Shown one piece after another: positions 21,785 through 30,800 of a stretch of DNA of 64,000 bases. The position numbers were made by a program, and so were the translations under genes. Positions within the stretch are counted from its first letter, which is position 1; each line of letters starts with the position of its first letter. This stretch comes from a virus, in the IMG/VR virus record IMGVR_UViG_3300031705_000002, positions 1 to 64,000 of that record, one strand, 5' to 3'. The notes under the pieces are model-generated. The model made no database searches, was not told where the DNA came from, and was given only the letters and a program-made list of their open reading frames with translations.

Positions 21785-24001
21785 TTAGTAATCAGTAATT
21801 TTAAATTGTTGTGATCTGTATTGACTTAACGCTTCATTAAACTCCTCATGTCTAGGATGAGACTCGTCGTTAGATATACTCCTCAATTCTCTAGGATCTC
21901 CTAACTTCATCAATCTCCCTACGCCGCCTAAGATAAGGTTTTCTACTTGAATAGTACCAAGTTGAACACTACTTACTGTTTTTTCTTGCTCAGCTGTTAA
22001 ATTCCAGTCTGCAACATCGAAGTCAGCGGGGTTAGATTGTAAAGCTTTCCCCATATCAGGGTTCATACGTCGTACATATCCCATACCTATAGCTTCTATT
22101 TTTTTAGTGTGATATTCACCTAAAGTTATATCCCCTGCAGCTGCTTCGTTATACGCATTTACATTACCTCTCCATATGTCCATTCCCATAGCGTCTGCTA
22201 TATTTGACATAAGTCCTAATCCACCTCCGTTATCTCCTTTAGCGATGGCTCTATAAGGTTTCCCTTTTATTTTTAAAACCATAGATGCTGGAGTACCAGC
22301 AAATATATCCGGAAGTACTAGTCCTCCAAATATAAAGTCAGGATTTTCTGTTCCTATAGCTGTTTGTAAGGCTGCAAGTTCCTTACTACTCATGGCTTCT
22401 CCGTCTGCTCCTATAATATTAAACTGGTCTACGGACATTGCCTTCAAGTTGTTATTGACTGCGGTATTCCCTTTAGTTCCGTTATGGTTAAATACTATTA
22501 GGTCATTAGTTTTTATAGGAGTTTTTTCATATGCCTCATAAAAATCATCCCCATTTGCTACATCCTTGTACGCACCATTTCCTTTCATAAAGTCATAATA
22601 CTGACCTGCTAGTGTGCTAAGCTGTGCTCTATCTGTGTCATTAAAATCTGTCCCAAAGTTTGAATTTATAGCTTCTATATTAGAGAATTGACTTTTCATC
22701 ATTTTTCGTTCTCCTTCTTCTGATAAGAATAACTTCCTAACGTTAGCAAAAGCACGTTTAGATACAGGTCTGTGTGTAGTAGATTCTCCTGCAGAGTTTT
22801 CTTGAACCGCCCCAAGTAAATCATTACTTCTATCCATCCCCCACGCACTTTTAGTAGTCTCCATTAAGAGGTTTTCTAATAGTTGGAACTTACTGTTTTT
22901 ACCTTTCCATAAATCTTCCCTAGCTTTAATATTTGCATCGTGGTCTCCCCCTTGCATTGTAAGCTTAATAATCTTGTTCCGTTTTACTTCAGCAGCATTC
23001 ATTTCTAATAATATAGATTGCTTTTTGTCCGGATCTGTTTCACCTCTATACGATTCTATAAGTTTCCCATAAGATGCGTTCTGTACCTCTATAGGATCTA
23101 AGTTTTCATCTATCACAGTTTGTCCGGGAACTGCCATACTATTTCCCATAGGAGTAGCAGGACCCTCTCCAACAGGAGCTGTCATGTACGAAGGAATCAT
23201 ACCTACTTGTTTACTTGCGATAGCTTTCATACTCTCCACAATAGCAACCTTTGCTTCCTCCTCTGTGTAACCTCCAAGCTCAGTCAAAGAGCGTAACTCT
23301 TGACGGCCTTCATCTGTTCCATATATATACGAATCCACTAAGTCGATTGCAGTATTATCTGCCTTTCCTTGGCTTACACCTGTCCAACGTTCCAGTAACC
23401 CTAAGATTTTACTAGGTTCTAGAGGGGACCCATTCTTAGATATACCTTTTAATACACTTTGTTTTTGAGCTGTATAATCAAGTTGGATTTGTGAATCAGG
23501 TCTATACACATTAGATACCATGTTACCATCTGCGTCTTCTGCATATGATTGATGATTGTCAAACTTATGCCCAACAACATTACCTTGGTCGTCATATAAA
23601 GCATTGAAATCTAGTACATGTGACACACCTTTTTCCAACCGTAGTTTAGCAATATCTTCTTGCTCTTTCTTACGTACCTGATAAGACTCTTGCGCTAATT
23701 GTACACCTTTATTAGAAACTAATCCGGTAGTAGCAGCATCTATAGTAACGCCAGAATTCTCCCAATCACCTGAATTAGCATGTTTTGCTAGCTGGTTTGA
23801 GATTTCATTCTTTGCGTTATTCAAAAGGTATTGATCTCCATCACCTACCTGCATAGCTCCCATAGCCTGCTCTAGTAGTGTCTTCTTCTCTAATCCTTTA
23901 TCATATCTCTCTCGTAAGATCTTAGCTACGTTTACAGACTGATCATCAACGTATTGACTCTGCATTGATCTTAAATTACTTCTAGTATATTTACTTGCCA
24001 T
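21785..24001 (-). CDS. Putative ejected cargo / internal virion protein (738 aa)
   Basis: Long ORF between the first cargo gene and the RNAP; helical N-terminus. Function inferred from gene order only. Confidence 0.6.
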   Translation of the reverse strand: MASKYTRSNLRSMQSQYVDDQSVNVAKILRERYDKGLEKKTLLEQAMGAMQVGDGDQYLLNNAKNEISNQLAKHANSGDWENSGVTIDAATTGLVSNKGVQLAQESYQVRKKEQEDIAKLRLEKGVSHVLDFNALYDDQGNVVGHKFDNHQSYAEDADGNMVSNVYRPDSQIQLDYTAQKQSVLKGISKNGSPLEPSKILGLLERWTGVSQGKADNTAIDLVDSYIYGTDEGRQELRSLTELGGYTEEEAKVAIVESMKAIASKQVGMIPSYMTAPVGEGPATPMGNSMAVPGQTVIDENLDPIEVQNASYGKLIESYRGETDPDKKQSILLEMNAAEVKRNKIIKLTMQGGDHDANIKAREDLWKGKNSKFQLLENLLMETTKSAWGMDRSNDLLGAVQENSAGESTTHRPVSKRAFANVRKLFLSEEGERKMMKSQFSNIEAINSNFGTDFNDTDRAQLSTLAGQYYDFMKGNGAYKDVANGDDFYEAYEKTPIKTNDLIVFNHNGTKGNTAVNNNLKAMSVDQFNIIGADGEAMSSKELAALQTAIGTENPDFIFGGLVLPDIFAGTPASMVLKIKGKPYRAIAKGDNGGGLGLMSNIADAMGMDIWRGNVNAYNEAAAGDITLGEYHTKKIEAIGMGYVRRMNPDMGKALQSNPADFDVADWNLTAEQEKTVSSVQLGTIQVENLILGGVGRLMKLGDPRELRSISNDESHPRHEEFNEALSQYRSQQFKITDY

Positions 24002-24011
24002 AGTTTCTTTT

Positions 24012-24536
24012 TTATGCTTCTACCCCGTAGATAGGGTAACCTCCTCCACTTATATGCCCACTAGGATACATATTATACGCATCTTCTGAGGAGTCATTAA
24101 ATTCTAAATGAAAATGTGCGCCCTTTTTGTTGCCACGCTCATCTATAAGCTCTGCGTTATTATCCTTTAAGTACTTTAATCCTTTTGCAGAAATCTTCGT
24201 TCCTTTTGTATCCCAATCATCAAAGAAAAACTTCATCATTGCTTTACCATCTGTGCTTTTTACTCCAAAATCTACAGCGTTACCTGATGCGTGTAACGAA
24301 CCTGAGTCTCCGTCGCGAGTAGCACTTGTTATAGTGTACCCATCAGAACCAAAATCTCCAGAAGAAAGTAACGAATTTAGGTTATATAAACCATGTTGAG
24401 CGTTACCTCCTAAAGCTGTGTTTTTAGCGTTACGTACAGTTATAGGAACATTTTTATTCTTGTATGTATCTATACCAAATGTTGACCAATCTGAATCAAC
24501 CTCCTCCTGGTCTGGAGTAGGTGTGATTACTTTCCC
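24012..24536 (-). CDS. Peptidase M15 (Hedgehog/DD-peptidase fold) domain, predicted -1 frameshift extension (172 aa) of the 1108-aa cargo protein
   Basis: Frame is open from 24536 to the stop at 24012. It translates VITPTPDQEEV...YTITSATRDGDSGSLHASGNAVDFG...GAHFHLEF. No ATG/GTG/TTG occurs before 24239, which lies downstream of the S-x-H-xx-G-x-A-x-D motif. Confidence 0.8.
   Translation of the reverse strand, partial: GKVITPTPDQEEVDSDWSTFGIDTYKNKNVPITVRNAKNTALGGNAQHGLYNLNSLLSSGDFGSDGYTITSATRDGDSGSLHASGNAVDFGVKSTDGKAMMKFFFDDWDTKGTKISAKGLKYLKDNNAELIDERGNKKGAHFHLEFNDSSEDAYNMYPSGHISGGGYPIYGVEA
24499..24536 (-). promoter_or_regulatory. Programmed -1 ribosomal frameshift signal
   Basis: In-frame heptamer G_GGA_AAG (24530-24536) immediately before TAA, 7-nt spacer, then hairpin ACCUACUCC-AGACCA-GGAGGAGGU (24499-24522). 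Confidence 0.7.
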
Positions 24537-27500
24537 CTAGGGGTACCTTTTTGATTGGTATCCTTCTGACCCATCTCTGCGTTCAACTCTATGCTCCACT
24601 CTTCAAGCTTTTTCAAGGCATCTAAATCACCTGTTCTAGCAGCTGTTACAAGATTCTCATAGTCTTCTTTCCCGTACTTTTCACGCATTAGAACACCACT
24701 TCCACCATCAATAGCAGCAGAAAGTCTATCTGATGCATTTTGAAGTTTTCTATCTCTATTCATAACACCAAGATTCTCAGCACCTACTTGCATTGCATCA
24801 ACTAGTGCATCCTCTGAAGCACTCTTACTTGCCAAGTTAGTATCATCAATCATCATTTGATTAGATACATCTTGCATATCTCCTTGAGCGTTGAACTTAG
24901 CAGCTTCAAATATTGCCTTAGCATTTTGATTATCAATACCTCTATTCATTTCGTTTTCAGCACTACCTATATCAGCATTAGCATCTAATTTCTTAGAGTA
25001 CGCAGCCATTTGATCAGATAAACTTCCACCTTGCGTCTGAACAAAATTAACTACCTTTTGGTAATCTCTCTCATTCTGTGCTCTTTCTTTGTCCATATTC
25101 CCGTACTTCAACTTCTCAGGAGTAACCTCTGGAGCTGTTCCAGGTAACTTTACTCTATCTACGTTCTTAGCGTTTTTATACGCCTGAGCTACAGGAATCA
25201 TACTAGCTAATCCTACTGCATTGTCCATAGTAAGACCTTTCTTTAAACGACTTAACTGCTGATCCCACGTAAGTTTATTACTTTCGTTTTTAGCGTTTGT
25301 AGTTATATCTTCAGTTGCCTTATTAGTAGCTACAGATTCCTCTGCAGGAGAATTAAATACACTCTCAGGGTTGGTAGGTAATGTAATCTCATTATCAGAA
25401 TTACCTGGACCTGGAGGCGAAGAAAGTACAGTATCTCCCCAATCAGCGTTTGCTCCTGCATCGTACCCATAGCTGTCTATAAAGTACTGACGTCTTTGTG
25501 CTCCTGTCATACCAGACAACGCACCACCAGTTGAATACTTATTTCTAACGCTTCCTCCGTTTTTCATAAATAATTTCTTAGGATCTCTTCCAGCTTGTTT
25601 CTCTTGTGTAACCGCTAGACTTATTTTCTCCTCATCAGTTCCACCATTCGCTAGTATCTTCTCATGTTGTTGAGCATAAGATGATCCGCCGTTCTTTAAG
25701 TGCGACGAAAAGATATAAGGTTTACCTAAGATCTCCTCTTCAGTTTCCTGATCCTCTACGTTAGTTCGAGAATTCTTATCTATACCACCTTCTTCGTGTG
25801 TCGCTCCTATGTACTTTTTAGCCCCGGAAGGTAAATCAACGACTTCTCCACCTGGAAGAGGTCTACCTCCAGTAGCCATTTCATTTCCTTGGTATCCGTA
25901 TTTACCTTTGAAAATATTACTGAAAAAGTTTCCAATACCACTCTTAGTGTTTCCAAACTTTTCCATTCTACGTGCATCTCTACTAGACATTATATCTTGA
26001 GTACCTTTAGAATTAAACTTAGAATCAGGATTGTTTTGTGATACTCTCTCAGAAGTATTATTTTTCATCTCATTCTGCCTGGTCTTAAATAAATCTCTCC
26101 TATAATTATTATTATTTATACGATTCTTTCTGTAATCAGAACGCTCTCTCCCTGAAGCACTGTAGTTAGGATCCGTGTACTTTCCATTAAGCATGTTCGC
26201 ACCGCTTAATCCCATACGCGATTCCATAGAGTCTACACCTGTGGTTGCGCCATCCATAAATAGCTTTTCACCATTCGCATCGTACTGCTCACCTTCCCAA
26301 ACATTGGAATCAGGTGTTATTCTATTCCCACCATAAAGACTAGTATTCCAATTGTTGCGGGTACCGTCTGCATTTGCCCCCATTGATTGGTTAATAGCTC
26401 CTGTATTTTTGTTTACACCCCTATTAAACTGTTCATACGCTATTTGAGTAGGTCCTCCTGTTTCGTAGTGGCCTCTCCCTCCTGTCCGAGCTTCGTACTT
26501 CTTTATGTTAGATGAAAAATCTTGCCCAAAGTTTATACCCGATTGCATTCTCTTTTGAGAATCAATAAGGTCTGACTTGTTGGCTAGTGTATTTGTTTTC
26601 GTTTCAAGCTTCCCCTGCGCCATTTTTTTAGCAGACTTGATTTCATTTCTTTCTTTCCACTTCATAGCAACATCTTTGATCCCTCCAATATAGTCACCTG
26701 TCGCAACAGCTGTTCCTACATCACCAGCAACTTCCCACCACTTATACGTACCAGCATCTTGATCACTGATCAATCTATCTGACACCATATCTATAGGGTT
26801 TGGCTCTGTAGCTCCAACTAGTTCTAGTCCTTTGTCAAGACCTGTACTAAGCATTTGATTCTTACGCGAGATTTCAGCTTCTTTTGCAGAGCTGTCTGGA
26901 CCGTCTTCTAATAGTTGTTTTTTCTGCGCGTCTAAATCTTGAGAATCACCAGGAGTGTATAAACTATTCTGTATTGTGTTACTCCTTGTATTGTACGAGC
27001 CTCCAACAGCTTGTCCGCTGCTATACCCTTGTGGTATATCATTATCGTAAAGATCAGACTCATCTCCTAAAGTAGAGTCATCTACTCCTGCATTTTGGTA
27101 GTATTTCATACCTCCGTTTCTGTAGGTATCCATCCCTCCAGTACGCTTTTCAGATATATTTACTGCAGTTCTTTTTCCTTCCCCGTTTTTAGATCCCCAA
27201 TATGTACCTATATTCCTAGGGGTAGAGTATCCTGCACCTGAAGTTTTTGCAAACTGTGAAGCTTTATCTGCCGCACTCATATCATCTGACACTGCATTAT
27301 TAAAGTTGTATTGATCTATAAATAGTGTATCAGTTGTTCCCGGCGGTATGAATATGCTAGCTCTTCCGTACGTAGTTTTAGCATTATAGTCCTCACTGCT
27401 CATGGTTTTCTTAAACATATCCCACGTATTTCCAGACGTTGGATCTACATCAGCAGTAGGAGTTTGGTACTCCGTACCGTCATCATTTAAATGTGTTTTG

Positions 27501-27853
27501 TAATCTGCGTATTTTATATTTCTTCTACCATCTTCAGTGGCAGTCCGAGTAGCTCTTCTAAGTGCTTCTAGCTCTCCAGAATCCAAATCATGTTCTGTCC
27601 TAGGAAATGCTTTACTTATAGAGTTTGGCACAGCCACATCCTCAGCAAGGCTTCTAACATTTAAAGGGATTGAATTGTACAGGGCTGTAACAGGATTAAG
27701 TTTACTTGCAAGGTTAGATGCCGGTCCCATTATACTATTTTTAAGCTTGAAGGATTCGTAGGCTTCCTTACTTTTAGGTCCCCAGTTTCCATCTGCTTCT
27801 ATTTTATATCCCTGTTCTTTTAATAAAGTCTGTAATTGTGTTATTTTGTCCAT
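24527..27853 (-). CDS. Ejected cargo protein with N-terminal peptidoglycan-binding domain (1108 aa)
   Basis: N-terminus QLQTLLKEQGYKIEADGNWGPKSKEA fits PG_binding_1; GATHEEGGI motif; repeated (T/N)GG motifs; first gene after the muzzle. Confidence 0.7.
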   Translation of the reverse strand: MDKITQLQTLLKEQGYKIEADGNWGPKSKEAYESFKLKNSIMGPASNLASKLNPVTALYNSIPLNVRSLAEDVAVPNSISKAFPRTEHDLDSGELEALRRATRTATEDGRRNIKYADYKTHLNDDGTEYQTPTADVDPTSGNTWDMFKKTMSSEDYNAKTTYGRASIFIPPGTTDTLFIDQYNFNNAVSDDMSAADKASQFAKTSGAGYSTPRNIGTYWGSKNGEGKRTAVNISEKRTGGMDTYRNGGMKYYQNAGVDDSTLGDESDLYDNDIPQGYSSGQAVGGSYNTRSNTIQNSLYTPGDSQDLDAQKKQLLEDGPDSSAKEAEISRKNQMLSTGLDKGLELVGATEPNPIDMVSDRLISDQDAGTYKWWEVAGDVGTAVATGDYIGGIKDVAMKWKERNEIKSAKKMAQGKLETKTNTLANKSDLIDSQKRMQSGINFGQDFSSNIKKYEARTGGRGHYETGGPTQIAYEQFNRGVNKNTGAINQSMGANADGTRNNWNTSLYGGNRITPDSNVWEGEQYDANGEKLFMDGATTGVDSMESRMGLSGANMLNGKYTDPNYSASGRERSDYRKNRINNNNYRRDLFKTRQNEMKNNTSERVSQNNPDSKFNSKGTQDIMSSRDARRMEKFGNTKSGIGNFFSNIFKGKYGYQGNEMATGGRPLPGGEVVDLPSGAKKYIGATHEEGGIDKNSRTNVEDQETEEEILGKPYIFSSHLKNGGSSYAQQHEKILANGGTDEEKISLAVTQEKQAGRDPKKLFMKNGGSVRNKYSTGGALSGMTGAQRRQYFIDSYGYDAGANADWGDTVLSSPPGPGNSDNEITLPTNPESVFNSPAEESVATNKATEDITTNAKNESNKLTWDQQLSRLKKGLTMDNAVGLASMIPVAQAYKNAKNVDRVKLPGTAPEVTPEKLKYGNMDKERAQNERDYQKVVNFVQTQGGSLSDQMAAYSKKLDANADIGSAENEMNRGIDNQNAKAIFEAAKFNAQGDMQDVSNQMMIDDTNLASKSASEDALVDAMQVGAENLGVMNRDRKLQNASDRLSAAIDGGSGVLMREKYGKEDYENLVTAARTGDLDALKKLEEWSIELNAEMGQKDTNQKGTPRGK

Positions 27854-30800
27854 TATCTATTGTATTTGCGCATTGCCACAGAAGTGGAATACAAATTTAC
27901 GAAATTTTTATTGATATTGTCGTGTATAAGTCTAATTCCTAAGTAAGTATCTGTAAACTTACGTTGCTTAGTCCAAGGCTTCTCACTGTCTATGTACAAA
28001 GGATGTGTGAATATAGTATATGCACCACCTTTACCCCAGGTAGCTTCAAACATATCATGCACATCATTATTCCCTACAAAATCTAAACCTGTGTTATCAG
28101 CTCCTCCGGCAGTACCCTGCGATGTAGCCTCTAAAGTTTCAAGTAGATGTGAGGATATGTGCCCAGAAAATCCTGAAGTTATAGTAGATGTGTAAGCTTC
28201 TGTGTACCCATCAAGAGTAGTCTCATAAAGCCTGGCCATATCTCTAAACTTATTTATATTCCACATATGCCCTATCTTCCGGATGTTACGTAGATATTTC
28301 ACATCTATTACCCCAGAGTGTTGGGTATTGTTATATACGAAGAACTGTGTAAATCCATCCTTATCTAGTCGCTTATATCGTACTTGATTTAAGTTATAAA
28401 TATTTGGAACAGCTGCTTCAAAAACCTCCGTCTCATATTTAAAACTAGAAAAGACTTTAGAAACATCTCTTTCTTTGTTCTCTATAACCTCAATCTCAAA
28501 AGGTTGTGTAAAATTCGTAGTCACCGAAGAACCTCCATAAAATGATCCAGGAGCTTCTACAGAATTGTGAGCCCAAATAGTAAAGGACTCATCTGCGTCA
28601 TCTCCAATCCAAGGTCCCCCAACCCAAAATATAGAAGGAAAATCTTTCCAGTTGTAGAAGGAGTAAAAAGTTTTAGATGTATACGTATAGTGATGTGGTA
28701 GGTAATCATGTAAAGACCCCCAAGCATTCAGTTCTGGGTAGAATGAAATAGTCCATCCTACACGCTGCCATATCACATCTATTTCCATCTCAGGTTCAGG
28801 AACTACAATCACCTCTTCTTCATAAGTAGTAGCTCTTACAGGTCTAACCCCGAATTTAATCGACACATTCTGAGCCTCCACAGATGAATCAGAATCAACT
28901 ACTGTTGATGCGTGGGTTATAACCCCTGTAGATCCACCACCTTGCCCTAATTCCCCGTTAAATCCAGTGCTATCACCATTCTGATCTAACGTTTCTATTA
29001 AGAATACCCTAACCCCTTGAACACCCTCAGTGAAATCGCTAATCTCTCCTGTATACGGGTTTAAGTTAAACTCGTGCCCAACATCTGCGTTTTGTAATTC
29101 CGGATAGTCCGAAGTATTTAAAATTGTCACTTGGTGGTACACGTATCTTCTCCCATATGGGAAATGATTGACGAAGTCAGGAGTCGCGGAACCCTCATTC
29201 TCATAATCTCGTAGCGCGGAAAATCCAACAGTAGGCTCATACCTATCTGGCATACCTCCGGGCTCTGCAAGTGCAGCGATTGTATCCTCTGGGTCTGGCC
29301 CATATGAGTAATCCAGAGTTAAGCCAGACAAACGAAGTGATTCCCTACTTATATCTACACCAAAAAAGTACCCAGAGTTAACGCTGTTGTTGTTGGGATC
29401 GCCCCCCACCCCGTATTGACTATCATTGAATGATGATGTACCTAATATTATACCTCTAGTTTTATACCCATCAACCATAAAAGTAGAAATGGTATTTGTT
29501 ACATTAGGGGCAGCTACTGAACCTGTTGCAGTGTTTATGTGTTCTGCAGATATGAAATTTTCTGCTCCTTGTGCGTTACCGTTTAGGTCAGGATTTCTTG
29601 TACAGTTTTTCACAATGTACCCAGCCTCAGATAAAGACGGGTAGAACCATTGTACCTGCATATCTCCATCAGTATGGACATGCCTCCACGGAGTATTCAG
29701 ATTAACCGCATTAAAGATCATATCATAGCTACCATTTATAGGGTCTACACCAGCCGAAGAAAATCGTTCCTCTATATAGTCTCTAACAAGTAAAGTATTA
29801 GCCAGCCCTTCACCTAACCCTAATCCACATTCTGGGACAGCACTAATTGCACTACCCTCATCTGTATAGAATGACATTAAATCTATTCCAATACTTTCCC
29901 AATACGACGGACCAGATGTGTAGTACCCACCTAAAAGATCTGAAGTACTCAGACCTGCAGCATTGTGTTGCATCAAAGCTTGGAATAACCATGATGGTGC
30001 CTCATTGTGTCCGTATAGAGGTATAGGCGCTATATACTTCACAGTTTGAGAAAACGTCTCCCAGTTGTCATCTATAAGAACTGGTGTCCCCTCCCAAGGA
30101 GATTCTGAATACGAATCAGCATAACTTCCATCATCATGATTAGTTCCAGATAAGTATCTAACTACGTATAACTTCTTATCTCCTGTCGAGGATGGATCGC
30201 ATGACCAATAATTAGGAATAGAGTCACCACCTGCAGACACAGATGTTTCTGGGTAGAAATTTCTTATCATATCTACTAACGGAACCAATAGATCTGTAGT
30301 AGGTAACGCCCAATCTCCTACCTGTGAAAAGTCATCGTAGTGCTCCAAGGCCATGGTAGCAGCTGGGGAATAATCACCATTAACATTTAAAATTTCATCT
30401 GCCGTACTAATGTTTTGTGAAGCGTTTTGAGAGTACGTTAATTGACCTTGTAGGGTAGAGTTCTCAGACGCACTTATTGCGGGAACACTACTAGCATTTA
30501 TACCATTCCCCCATTCTGAGAAAGGTAAAAAATCTCCTACTGTACTAGGTAAATCTTCAGGTGACGTTAAGTATATAGTCCAAGAATTAGAAGCAGTTGC
30601 CTCTATTGCAAATATATGTCCGCCCTCATAAACATCTCCAATTTGTGGAAGAGTTCTAGTAGACATAGTAGAATTTATATCCGTTATAGAAACTGAAGAA
30701 GTAAAAGGTATCGCTACAGTCTGTAAAGCTTCTGAGTCAGAGCTAATAGTTCTAGTGTCTAGATAGAAGTCACCATCAGTTACTGTGAAACTCTCTTCAG

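Noticed and set aside
24012-24239. The 75-aa ORF as a stand-alone gene
   Set aside because: It begins after the SxHxxGxAxD zinc ligands, and the frame extends 97 sense codons further upstream; it is better explained as the end of a frameshift extension.
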